Positions 1 through 13,508 of a stretch of DNA of 64,000 bases are shown piece by piece (position 1 is the first letter of the stretch; the number at the start of each line of letters is the position of its first letter). The position numbers and the translations under genes are program-made. The notes under the pieces were generated by a model that was not told where the DNA came from, made no database searches, and saw nothing but the letters and a program-made list of their open reading frames with translations. The DNA comes from Lingula anatina. Its lineage: Eukaryota > Animalia > Brachiopoda. The stretch spans positions 28,482,503 to 28,546,502 of the forward strand of contig CM120640.1 in NCBI GenBank assembly GCA_051362555.1. Reading direction: 5' to 3'.

Positions 1-133
1 TCTAGGCACCGGTAAGGGACACCCCAACATAAAACATGAAAAGCGTTTACTTTCATTTTTTCATCTGTTTGAATGAAAAATATCTAGAAATATGTTGTTG
101 TATGGTTTTAATGCCTTTCTTATTTTCTTCCAG

Positions 134-1784
134 CTTGGCTGTAACCCCATTTTATACAAAGGTGCAATAGGATTAGTGGAAGCCATAAACAAAAACGACG
201 CCAGCAAATTAGAATTCCTGGATCTTAAGGTACATTACGTCATCTACCAACATCTTTGAAAAACAATGACAAACATACATTTTTTGTTTTGTTTTGAGCA
301 GTTTTGGGTGTTTTCTGCACTAATTTTACCTCATGTTTGATGTTCACAATTTAATATATCTACATCTTAATTTAAATTTCGTCACATATTATAGTTCTTT
401 TATTTAGCATTTTGTTGTACAACTGCTTCAGTTGCTATTTATGAAATATTGCAAACCACCTAAAGCATGACTGGTTAAGATGAGATAAGAAATTATCCAA
501 CCAATTATAAAAATTGGAAATAATTTTCCTTTGGAGTAAAATTTGATAAATATATAAAGTAAAGGTAATACAATCGATAAATTGAGAATTAGGTTTAAAA
601 AAAACAAGTCAAAATGCATGACTGCACTAGGATGAAAACTGTTAAAAACGTTTACCTCTTTTGAAAGTTAAGAGCCTACTGTTGTCAGATAAAAAGGTAA
701 AGACTGGTAAAAAGTGATTTCATTAAAAAGTTTGCGCCCTGTGTTCTAGGACGTCGTCGTGCTCAAAGACTTCATGGAGATTGCCGACGAAATAAAAGAA
801 AAGCGAAAATTTCAAGTCGTCACTGGATCGGTGTCTGGGGTGAAAGGCCTAGAGAAGCAAATGGACAGATTTGGTGACAAGAACCCTCTGGAAATTCTCC
901 TTATTTTCATGCAAGAGCAGGGCATGCGGCTGACGGATCTGTTCCGCACGTTCGATAAAGACCAAAGCATGAGCTTGTCTCGGGAGGAATTCATAGAAGG
1001 GCTCAAGGTGTGTGGTTGTTGACGGAAACAACGCATTTTACTATTCTTAATTGCTGTATTGAACGATATTTCCATTTAATATAATTAAGCAACATTGTTG
1101 CTGTTTTCTTAAAAGGAATCGTTAACGTTAATGCTAATATATAAATGCCTATTTTCAAACAAGCATGTGTATCAAAATGTTTATGTCTGATGTCTCTTTT
1201 ACTATTTCTTATATGTATTTTTGCAGTCTGTGAACACTCCACTCAGCCAGGCACAGTTGGAGGAACTCATTGACATGTTAGACAAGGATGGCGATGGAGA
1301 AGTGGACTTAAAGTAAGCGACGTCTTACTCTAAGGGCAATTTACAATAAATTCTTCCCACTTATCCTTTTCGGGATAGCTTGTAGAAAGCAAGTCTTTAA
1401 ATAAACAAATAGCTAAGAATATTCAATCAACATTTGCCGTAAACTGTAAGTTTAAATCACCATCAATACGAGAAAACGTTTTTTAACTGACCCATTTTGT
1501 TTCTTCCACACCTCAGAGAGATTTTGAACATCAACGTGGAATTCAAAGACATTAAGCGGAAAGCGTACGAAGAAACTAAAAAAGTAAAAGAAGAGAAGAA
1601 ACAGAAGAAGCCCCTTCCCGCAATGCAAGCCATAGCCAAGTTGATGCAAAAGAAAAACGACAAAAAGTTGCTCGGAGATGACACGGAATTTGAAAACCAA
1701 GCTGACAGAGAAAAGGCACTGATGCGATCTGCGGCAGGGCTTTGGAAGAAGCCGAAAGAAAACGCACAATCGGTTGCCAATTAA
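134..1784 (+). CDS. 3' part of a leucine-rich repeat + EF-hand protein gene (LRRC74-like); exons 134-229, 750-1007, 1227-1312, 1517-1784; 5' exons lie outside the window
   Basis: All junctions are AG/GT with consistent phases (0,0,2). The spliced peptide has an RI-type LRR segment (LGCNPILYKGAIGLVEAINKNDASKLEFLDLK), two EF-hand loops (DKDQSMSLSREE, DKDGDGEVDLKE) and a Lys/Glu-rich tail ending at TAA 1782-1784. The LRRC74 family name is recalled from the domain architecture, not from a search. Confidence 0.85.
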
Positions 1785-2926
1785 TCAATATCATCAGTCA
1801 CTTACCTCAATTACTACTATACAAATTATACAACCAGATATATTCCTATTTTAATTAGCGCATAATCTCAGACAATATAAACAAGGACAATCTAACATGT
1901 TCCCAGTTTATTTTTATACAATATTATTTACATACGATGCCTGTTGAAATGATTTCTAAAATTTCCTTGAATGAGGAAATTTTGACAATTCGATTCGAAT
2001 TAACTAGATGGAATTATATAGAGTCTACTTTTGTAATAGCGTATCCTCTTGTTTGAAGATGGTAATTAATATTAAACAAGTTTTCCTTTTCATATTACCC
2101 CTTTGTCGATGAGGCTGCTTATTGGTCATCTGTCGTCTGCGACTTTATCAATTTGTGCATTGTTAAACATAAACAGGAAGACAATTCTCTGCTTTTAACA
2201 ATTATTTTCGTTATTGCTCTCTGCAAGTGTCGACAAAACGCCCCACCGAATGCAGTTTTTGTTTTTTATTCAACGTGACTAGGATCTGTTAAGTTGTGAC
2301 ATATCGATTCTCTAATTTGTTTTGATAAACGCTCTGTTGTTTAACAGCTGGCCTCAATCTGGTAATCTTGTATTAACTGCTACTGTATACTGTATACGTG
2401 ACAAAATATTAATTATATCCCGATCTGTGATATGTTATACAATATATATATTTTTTGTTATGTAAGATAAAGACATTAGTGCAATCAAGCTCAATCATAA
2501 CGAATACCTGCCTCTATTTGATGACATACATTGTATTTGACGAATATCAGGTTTTTGGACTCTTGAACAGGTGTATAGAATCTTTACAATATTTTTGAAA
2601 TGCATCCCAACACGTTTTAATTCTAGACTTGAGATGCTTCATGTAAATACTTGTATTTCTAAATATTACATGGATGCTGTGTTCATTAACAATGCAAATA
2701 AAATATTTTAAATGTCACTGTATCAATAGTATAAACTATATAGGCCTATATTACAAATGGCATCCCAGTTTGGACATTTTAACGATAAAACCTTTAGAAG
2801 AGGATGCCAAGGCAGCAGTTACTAACTATTTTAGTCTTACTGGTTTTATTTCAATATCATCAATACTGGTTAATTCTTGTAGTGTAGATTAACGTGCAAA
2901 CAAATAGTCTCAAAATATAACAAAAG

Positions 2927-5900
2927 TCATCGGTAAAGGAACTGCACCTCAACTGCAGCCTCATGTTCTCTAGCTTTGAGTCTTAAAGCAGCTATGCTTG
3001 TAGTTTTTCTGTCTCCGGCGAGGTCGCCAGAGTCCATATCGCCAGTCAAACAACGATTAGAGTCGCAACAAGCACCGGCTGAGACGTAATTGGGGCTGTC
3101 TTGGTGAGGCTCTTTGGGACTGGAGGAACTGCTAGGCTGAGGCCAAATCTGGGCACGCACTTTCATTAGCCAGGGGTCCTCTAATGGGCAGCATGTCGGG
3201 CCTCTCGTACTTGTGCTTGTCGACATCAAGGGGTGGTTAATCGACAACGTTTTATTCTTTTCTCCCTTTCGATGCTAGAATGAAAAATTTCCTTAGTTCG
3301 TTTAATTTACAGCGTGTTTCATAAGTGCAAATATAACTTCATCCTCCATCCCCATCATAGGCCTAATTAAAATTTCCCATAAAAAATTTAAAAAAACACA
3401 CGTAAAGGCATTTGGCTTTATTTTACTTTAACCATTTGTTCAATTGCAAATCATCTTACATCAATATCATACATTATATCAAACGAAAACTATTATTTGC
3501 AACATGCCATTTATCACAAGCAAGTCTACAATCTACCTACACATGATTTCGTGGTTCTCGGAAGAATTTGGTCCTTGTCTGGAGCGGGCACAAAATGGAC
3601 CTCCTTTAAATCCCCAAGGCCTCCAAAATTGCCAAGTTTTTCAAACTTTCTCCATTTGGCACGACGGTTTTGAAACCAAATCTGAAACAAACGAAATGAT
3701 AGATAGAGTCATATATCAATATACTATTGCTTCGTTTCAGAGTTAAGGTATTTTTGGAGGAAAAAAAGCAGCAAATCTGCTCAGTTACTTGGTACAGTCA
3801 CATGAGTAATGACATTTGAGAGAGAGAGAGAGAGAGAGAGGGTGAGAGGGAGGGAGAGAGAGGGAGGGAGGGAGGGGGCGAGGGCAGAGGAATCGTCACC
3901 TGTACTTTAGCTTCTGTCAACCCAGTGGTGCCCGCCAGTTTTTCTCTAGCTTCCACATCAGGGTAGTGAGTCTGCTCGAAGACCGCCTCCAGTGCCCGTA
4001 GCTGATCCACGGTGAAGGTGGTGCGGGCACGGCGACGCCTGGCGGAGGGAGACGAAGGCAATCCGTCCGAAGATAAAGGCCGTTCTGAAAAGAGCATGGT
4101 GATTTTCGTTGGATCCCTCTTGCAGGTTCATAAGTTTCACCCTGTTAGATTTTTGCAAATGCAAATAAAGGCTTTGATGAAGTTTTCACCAAACAATTAA
4201 AATGTGCTTTTCAACTTTTTATTATCTCAGATGAGGCTCCTATGCTTATTTCGTAAACCTTATATCTGCAGTTATGGAACTGCCTTAAGTACCCATCTCT
4301 ATTTTTCATACATTCAAAAATCAATATAACAATTCTGCTAATATAGGTAGCATGTACACACATTTCAAAGGAAGAATGGAAACCAACATAGCATTTAATG
4401 ATACCAACCCGCAGAAATACATATAACCACTACTAAAGGAAAAGGAGCACTCCGTGGATTTTTAAACAAACTATAAATCTCATTCTTAATTAAGAAGATA
4501 ATGCAGGCAGTAACTCATAAAACTTTATAACGCTCACTACGTGTATCTACTTAGTGTGAAATGTTCCAGTGATTTGTGAATGCTATTAGGTCGTAAAAAT
4601 AGTAACATGTGGCAAACTGTCACGACCTGCTCTCCCAAAATGTTGTTTTATGAAGTGCAACGTTTTTCACTCCTTTTGGCGACGAAAAATTTGCTTCAGA
4701 TATTTTTTGAAGATATTGTTCGTAAGATTTAGGTGCGAAATAAGAAATCACGATTTTCCCCGCGTCATCGATCAAAAATCTCAATAGATATTTGTTTCTA
4801 TTATTTATTTTTATTTTTCTAAAACCAAGTGATTTTTATCATCATTTTCATAAGTCTACAAAACGTACACGAGGGCGGGGGGAGTAATGACCGCTGTACG
4901 CTTTTGAAAAAATAATAAAAATGACGATTTAAATTGCTGTCAAAGGTCATCATTTTTAGCTTTTCATTTTGTATTGTCTGATTTGGGGGGGGGGGAGGGT
5001 CTGGAAATAGTTAACTATTTGTATACTTGTTAAAATAATAATGCAAATGGACGATCCCTAAGTGTAGTCTTTTAATTTTCATGTCGCTCGATAATGACAT
5101 TTTTGAGGGTTGGGTAGCAATTGTCACACTACCTACATGTACCTTAGGAACCGTCCCTTTTATTGCACCTATTTCCGTTTTTCTGTGAGATGTGAATGTA
5201 ACGGCATGAAAAATAGAAAAAAGATGTATTCGCCATTAAGTAAAATGTCTAACTCTAACGATATGTTTCAAATTTTCGACAGAAACCCTTAACAATCACG
5301 AGAAGACTTTTGATAGTTTTTTTTTTCAGATTTGGAAATGAATTATAGAGGACAATGAAATTATAAAGCCTCGAAATGATAATTTGTCGATGGTTACATT
5401 GCAAATTACACGTAACAGGAAATACGCACTCACAGAGATGAATGGACGAATTAAGTAGTGCTATTCAACTCATTCAGCTGTCTTATGATACGCCAACACA
5501 GTTAATAAACACTTTTACGACCACAAAGCGCTCTTAAAATATTAACGAGTGATAGATTTATAGCTTTTGTCTAAATACAAGGTTTCATAAAAACACCAAA
5601 GGGGTATTATCTTAATTAGTAGATAGATTTATAGTTTATTTAAAAATTCCGGTAACCGCAATTTATAACCTGAGAGAATTATCGCTTGCGTCCTCTGACT
5701 GATGATATAATACGAATAATGAGACAGCACCGGTCTGGTTGCTATGAATCAAGACATCATATCGCATTAAGTATGCGTTGTAGTTTATTGTTGAAAGGTT
5801 CACGACATATTTAGCTCAGTTAAGAGATATGTTAAAAATAAACTGGATAAAAATAGTGATGCTACGGTGTATTCGGCAGTGATAAATAAATTAAGCACTT

Positions 5901-6477
5901 CAAGATCGAAAAAATAATTGCTCGCACTTAGACATATTGACATTGTTTGGGTTTTTGTAGTACGCGTTCAAGACTGCATCTATTTTCACATTCCTCGTTG
6001 CAACACTCTAAATATGATAATGATAATTAAAAAGACAAATATAGATACAGAAACAAATAGAAAGATGTAGAAGTAAAATGAAATATAAATGAATAAATAT
6101 AAATATAAATATTGCTAATTTGCACAGGAGAATACCATACTTGACCGATTTTAGAAGAAGAAAATGTATTGACTGAAAGAAAACAAACGTTTTGTTTTAC
6201 CCTTTTCAGCGAAAATATGTTTCTGGTGATTTTCACTCCTCTCTTCATGTCTTCCATACTTATTATCTCTTTCAACTTGAAGAGCAAATGAAGTGGGCGA
6301 ATTCATCCTCTGTTCGAGCGTGGGAGGTGCTTCATCGTTGCTGGAAATACTCTCCTTGTTGTCGGCAGAAAGTCCTAAGTTACTAGAATCCAAAATTTCT
6401 CTCACTGTGTGTTGGTATACTCTTTCAGTATTTAGATCACACCTGACAGACATAATGACTGAAGAACTATTTGACAT
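2927..6477 (-). CDS. Isx: PRD-class Q50 homeobox gene, Isx-like, with C-terminal OAR motif; exons 6477-6201, 4084-3900, 3681-3541, 3274-2927 (about 316 aa)
   Basis: Homeodomain [45 protein letters not shown]|[12 protein letters not shown] is split at the classic PRD-class intron position. It is followed by [22 protein letters not shown], which resembles the post-homeodomain motif of ISX (KWRKQEKIGNLG in human). OAR motif [16 protein letters not shown]. Splice sites are canonical and phase-compatible (1,0,0). Exon 1 is the least certain. Confidence 0.8.
3818..3880. repeat. (GA)n / (GGGA)n purine microsatellite in Isx-like intron 2
   Basis: Directly visible gagagaga...gggagggaggg run. Confidence 0.9.
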
Positions 6478-6678
6478 ACGCACTTTATTATGTTGAAGCG
6501 TAATCAACCTGTTCTTGTTATGACGTATGCCAACAAGCGTTGCAGCGACTTATGCGTCAGTCGACAAGTCTTTCCTTTGACAGACGTTATCATTTCCGCC
6601 ATATTTATTCTCTTTCTATCGCAATTATTACATTCCATCCCAGCTCTTGGTCGCGGAGTAAAGTTAAAAACAAACAAA

Positions 6679-6687
6679 GACCACCCA
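6679..6687 (+). promoter_or_regulatory. Perfect Gli/Ci consensus site GACCACCCA about 200 bp upstream of the Isx-like ATG
   Basis: Exact 9/9 match to the Gli consensus. Function untested. Confidence 0.35.
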
Positions 6688-9600
6688 GACACGTGTTTGC
6701 TGTACATGATAAGAATAGCGGCGGTCCAGTGTAATTCATAGAGATTTGGGAAGAAATGGATGTTGACATTCAATTACTGTTGTTGAATCGGCGGTTGTGA
6801 AATTACGGAATAAAACTATCTTCTCTAACGCAATGGGTGGAGCCTCTTTTACAACTCGATGAATGCATTTTTGTAATTGCATATTAAATTCTAACTCGCT
6901 GTCTATATTTTTCATCTTTGTTATATGTAATTGAATGAAGGTCATCATAATTTTACTGGTGATTACGGGTAATTGTGTAATTCGAATATCAGATTAAAAT
7001 AATCATTCATTAAAGTAGGCGTTTAGACATAAGTAATAACTGGGCCGCCCTGCGCGTTCTCTGTTAACAGCAACACATCGTGGTTTTTCGGCCACAGCTT
7101 GCGGAAACCTATGACCCGAGTGAAGTCACTAATGACTTTCATGTTCCTTCTTTTCAGGTATGCATTTCCATGTTAACGTTATTAGGAATCAATTATTTAA
7201 TTTCATTTTATTTCAGTGTTGATTACACTCGAAACACAGTCAAAGTAATGACTTGCGGGTTATAAATAATAACGTGCGGAGAACTGCGCAAGCTGAATAA
7301 GAATGTGTGTGTGTTTGTGCGAGGAAAGAGAGAGAGAAAGGAAGAGAAAGAAAGAGGGAGAATGAGGGAAAGGTCTCTTCATGTGGTGTATTTTTGAAAG
7401 CTCGTGGCTGAAATAAGCAGGCGTCTATTCTTTATTCTGTAGGTACATAAGAACTGACATCCAGAAGAAACAGACGACAACGTCCTCAAGCGGTTAAATA
7501 TTACGAATAAAAAGTTTCATGGTCTATATGATTTGAAAGTGTCAGACACAAGCTGTTTGCAAATTTTGTCCCTAGACACGACAAAAACAATTCCATTACT
7601 CCTTATGCCGTGTTCATTTAGCTATTTAGGTATGGGTCATGGGAATAAATCCTGTGACAAAAATACTTTCCTTAAATGATCGCATTTGACTCGCTTGGAG
7701 TGACTATTGACGCGTATGTGTTGGTTTAACTGTTCACAAGAGTGGCGGATCATGGGTACTCCATTAGCCGCCCTAATAGAATATAATCCCGTGAAAGCTT
7801 TGGTTTAACCCCCGTCAGGCGTTAGGATACTCACATAAACACACACGAGTTTGAAACGCGGACTCATAAATTCACGGTCTATTAGTTCAATTTTGTGCAT
7901 TTTAATGCAGTGTGTACATTGGTATCAATTAAATAGGTTATGCGATCCAAAGAAAGATTTGTAATACTATAATGTATTCATACGGTTAAGCCAAGTAGTG
8001 AGTAAAAACACTTCCTTTACAACGCTGTTAAGATGCCTTGGAGAGCTAGAGTCAGCTTCTGTTGACATAACAGAGAAACAAGCGTTCTTTTTCTTTTTTA
8101 CTGATAATACTGTATTGATATGACACATAGAGGCTTCAGGTGACGGAAATTCGTTGAGAGTATCGACAAAAATAGCGTCATCGAAAACATTAGGATTTAT
8201 GGGCGAGGTTTGCGAAAAGGGCAGGATATTTCACGGCAATTAGAGATAATGGACACTTGAAATGCGATGCTTGATGTTAAAAAAAAAAAGAAAAAAAGAA
8301 AATAATTATTTCGTAAATCAAACCAAATTTAAGCACAATCTATACTTTTTGTAATTTGACATTATCTAACATCTGGCAAATTGAGAATTATGCAATTCCA
8401 TTTTCAATATATTTCCACTCATGTTGTGCTTGTTCGGCAATGATACCCACTGTAATTTTGCTCTCTTTATGATTTACCTGACAATTTTTTTCGATATTTA
8501 GAGTGCTAGAAAATTAAATTATAATTAAGAACAAAGAAAATCATCTACAGCCGCAAAAAGACACTTTAATTTGTTGTCAATTATTAAAATGAGTGCACTT
8601 GGCACGTGATTTTGATTATAATCTGTTGGTCGTAGAATTCCTTTTTATGGAAATCAGCAAACTGTAAATCGCTGCTGAAATATTCATATACATTCTACTT
8701 TCCTAAATTTTGAACATTTTTTTCTTAATTGAATTTAAACCCCACACTATGATAACAAAATACATTTATTAACCAAGCACAATGCACATAATTCTTCATT
8801 CAGACGCATGTTTTATAGAGACAGCGTGGGATGTTAACTTCATCGATCTCATGTCAGAGTATGGTTAACGTTGCTTTACCTATTAAAACACCTAATGTCA
8901 AACGCATGTAATACGATGCCCAGTTGTTGAGATAAGTAAACAAATTAAGCGATGACTTCTGTCAAAGACTGAGCATTGAAATCGCGCAAGCTGCCCAGAG
9001 ACGATTGTCCTCGGGTATGAGGTGGTTGTGTTTTTACTTTTGGAGCCTGTTTAAGCATTAAATCGACTTATCAACCTCCGATGCGCTTGCATTGGCGGGG
9101 TCCCCTATTGGAGTGCGGGTCTCTATTCTTGTGGGGCTCTAGCTCACCGATCGGTTTCACGCACCTGTCGCTATACAAAAGCCTACGTGTGTACAAAAGT
9201 TAAAGCATTAAAAAAGGTAAGAAAACAAGGAACACTTACCTGGGTTTATCTTATTGATTATGCAAGAGACAAGTGGACCAGCATTTTTTCCAACTTTTAT
9301 GGGCTCGTCGAAATTGACGTGTATTTGTGAGCAGAAGCTCTTTTAATTTTTTTTAAATAAACGTCGCTTGAATTGTTCAAGGCTTATAGGCAGAATTCAT
9401 TTAGAACTGCCATGTACACTTCTGATGGCTTGAGCCATTGATACCTGGAGAAGCCCATACTTATTTTCCCCTGTATCACATTACGTTTTATGGCCAAATA
9501 AAAGTGTAGAACAATGAAAATTTCTGAGATGCAAAAACTGTATGATTTGGACAGAATCGATAAAAGTAGATAAAAAGGGTCAATGACATGGGATTAATAC

Positions 9601-12600
9601 ACTATAGTCTTCTTAAGACCCTTTGTTATATATGATGATTATAACGGTTTGATACAATGATTGATGAAGACCCTAATTATTTCTTTTCTTGTAATTTTCC
9701 GTGTAAATGTAGACACGTAGAAGAATATAAAGGATAAGGTATCTTTTAAGGTTATTTATAAAACCCAATCAGATAAAGATGTTAAGCGAAAATGTGAATT
9801 AGTTAAAAGCGAACAATATGCTAGTCATATTAAGTCAGTGTGCCCCGAGATTCAGCAGTACAGTTCTTTCAGACTCTACATATGCTGTAGAACATGTATC
9901 CCCTCAAAATCTTAATTCTTAATAGAAAAAAGTCGACTAATTGAAAACACTGATCTGAACTTCTCAATGTTAATATCGTGCCAACAATGCAACCTGAACC
10001 ACAAACACTCGAGTGACCTTTTGCGGCCCTAAAACGTCTCAAGTTTATCACTACAAAAACTTTATCTATCATAACATATAAGTTATGCGCTTGTCAGTTT
10101 TTCGGATGAAACTACACCCAAGTCTAAACCCCTACTGCAAAAACTACTTCATCTTCATCTGTGCGTATGCTATATAATGGGAAAACATAGGGCGGGTGAC
10201 ATCGTTGGTTGTAAAGAGGTTATAAGTTTTGTCCGGACTCCCTAAGGCAGGGTGCCCTCTGTATTTACGCAGCATTTGAAATCCCTTTACTGTGTAAACG
10301 GAACGTTGTTTGGTAAAGACACTGTGTCCCGTGTCAAAGCTTTTTCCCCAGCGGACAGGATTTTCCTTTATTTTTCAGTCAACAGAACACAGGACCCCAC
10401 GACGCCGTAAAACGTGCTTTCAGTTCAACTGTAGGGTGCTTGTCAGGCGTTCGTCTTTGTCACAAGTGACAACTACATGTATCACCGGTGCTTTGATTGA
10501 GGCTATTAGTTGTTTCCTAAAACAGAGGAAGAAGCATTTGATATATGACGACGACCAAGTGTCAATTACGAAACGTGTTTTCGTCACCTTGCGCTGTACT
10601 TATCGTCTTAGCCGTTAGGAGAAAGAATGGAAAAGAATGATCCCATTTGGTATCTTTTATTAAAAAACTAGGTGTACGAATGAAACACGACAAGATTAGT
10701 TCAAGCTGATTAAAAATTTTCACGCGGAAACTTTAACAAGCTTGAAATCATCTTACTGAAAATTCAATTAAACGCGACCTTGTAACTGTTGTCCTTCAAT
10801 TATTGTAGAGAAGATTATTGTTATTGAACATGATTTCCTCGAAGCTGTCAGGCATTAAGCACGTACAACAAGTCCGCCCAATACTGCGAAATTTACTGTG
10901 TATCACGCATAAGCAGCGAAGGACAATAAATAATATATGAGGTTTAAACGGCAATTTAAATAAGATCGCAAAAAGTAAGACATCTGTCGCCTTATTGTCG
11001 GCTATTCATGAATTCGAGGTGTTCAAATATAATCAACACAGCGATTCAGTGTCTATGCGGGCAGTCTTCATGAATATTTTCTCCAAAGTATATTTACTAT
11101 TTGTTCGGGGTGATGAGAGAGTTTTCACCTGCGAGAACAGATGATTATTTATTTCTTGTAATTCTTTGGATTGTGCCAGTGACACTGTGCCTATAGTTAT
11201 TATTACAGCACATATTACAGCATGTATGTTCATGCCCACGCCTATGAAAGGACTCGTGATATAGTAGCAAACATATTCAACCAGCTGATTTTGGAACTAG
11301 TTATAATTCACAGGCAAGCTAAAATCGTTCGAAAAATCACTGCCAAATATTAGTATTTGATACACTATCATTGCGTCGACTGCTACATGTATTACTACTG
11401 CTCACATTGGGGACTAAAGCGCCGAATTATCTTTTGAAATTTTCATTACAAGGTAGAGCATTCAAAGAACACGCATGTTTCTTTTCTTGTCATTTCCCAC
11501 CCGAGTAGATATACGACGCTGGCTCTTAGAGTAGCTAGTAGCGCGAGCTTAACTTTACAAGACGCAGTTTTCACTACAAAAATTGACACTTGAAATGGAG
11601 AGGCGCTTAGTGGCAATTGTTTGCATTCATCCTAAGCCGGTTTGAATACCGTGGAATTCGATCTGTAAATTATCGTTTAAGAGCCCCATAAGCTAAATCA
11701 ATTAATCCGAATTGCTCGTGAAATACTTATCATCCCGACCACAAAGGTGTTGAAAAAACTATCATCTCCACTACTTAGAGACTCAATTAGGAGTGTCATG
11801 TATCCGTATTTGAGTAGGACCATTCTGAGGCCCAACCGGGGCAGCAGAGAGATGCTACTGGGGAGGGCGTTAGGAGCAAAAGTGAGGGTGTAGCCTACCT
11901 CCATGGAGCTGAAGGTGAATTCTCCGAACTGTCATACTTGAGGACACTGACTTTTTAGGTGCGGCCTACTCTGTACAAAGTAAACGGTATTTCGTATTGC
12001 TTAGATACACTCAGAAAGAAACATATGAGAAGTAATGACTTGCAAATTATGACGGCAAGGATGACCCCTCCCCTATTATTGTCTTGCTTGATATGGTGTG
12101 AACAAATGCCGTCAAGAACAGGTGAATCAAATATAAGATATCTATTGCCAGCGTTGTACTACTGAATGCTGTTATCCCAATCTGTGCCCCAGTAGCTCCA
12201 TTTTGAAAATTTATCATTTTAGGCTACGAGCATTTTAGATCGTATTTCTTTTAAGCCGAGTGGTTTTTAATATTGCTTTATCACTCCCATTGTTCCCCTG
12301 CAGAAAAGAAAACATTTTCATTGTTATTATTTGGAATGTGACGCAAAATGGTAATCTCGCGTTCAGATATATTTCTACCTGTAAGTGCGCCATTAACGGT
12401 AAAAAGTGCTCACTCTTATTCTTTACTTTGAGGCGCAACGGCTTGCATATCAAAGTGAAACATGTACGTCTGTTAATTGAACATGTTAGCGCAAAATAGA
12501 ATTTCATGAGGATGCAGGATACAAATGCATTTTTAAAACCTAATAAAAGATGACCGAAAGAAAGAATATGATTTTTTAAAACACCTCGAATAATGTTCCC

Positions 12601-13508
12601 TGAAATCTGTGTCCTTTTATTCAGTTAAAGGAAGGGAACAAAAAAATCACGCATGCGCGCACGTGTCATAAACACATTTTTCTTTGTATTTCTTCGACCC
12701 CAATTAATATAGCCAGCCACTTAAACTGTGTTTCACCATATGATACATTCATTCTATTTTACCCGCATCCTGATTGAATATTCCATATCGTCCTACGAAA
12801 ACGAATACCTATTGAAAAGATATTCTTTCAAGCGTGTTTCCATTGAAATTGATGTATAAAATATTTATACATTACAAAGTTAAAATTTATTTCATCAAAC
12901 TGCGGTTCACAATGTGGATAATGTTCTCAGAACTAATAATCATAACCCGCATGTCACCTCAGAGCAGCAGATATACATATGGCACTTACGACAAGGATAC
13001 ACTGTTAAGCAGACGACACAATGCACTAAAGGTTTCATACTGCTGTTGAAAGAAAAAAACTAAAGAAGGGAGAATCTTAAAGAATATTCAGAACATAAAT
13101 TGGCAGAATACTTGTCATTCATTTCTCAAGCTAATCGGTAAAGTCATACCCCATGTTCGGGAATCTACCAGTGCTTAACCAATGTTATCATATTTTGATG
13201 ATTGTTTAGCATATTTTTCTTGGCGTGTCTAAACATTTGAACCTATAATATTTTGTTTTACTTAACAAGATCAATGGATAATGGTAAATTAAACTTTAAA
13301 AAAAGAAACTTAAAATTTATATGGCATTAATTTACATTTTAAATATATAATATTAAAGCTGAATGGGCATTGAGTTCTGATTCAACACAAAATGGATAAA
13401 AAATAATGCTATTCAACAGTATGCAAACTATTGTTTTTGGAAGCACATTCTTGCTGATAAAAGAGGTCAAATAAATACTCCGCATAAAGCCACAAATGTA
13501 CTTTTAAT

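Noticed and set aside
4860-5165. Possible MITE end (GGACGATCCCTAAG) in Isx-like intron 1
   Set aside because: No matching opposite terminus or TSD could be identified with confidence.
7080-7265. Possible short + strand intron (7158-7216) suggesting a divergent transcript upstream of Isx-like
   Set aside because: Splice-like motifs only; no convincing reading frame or other support.
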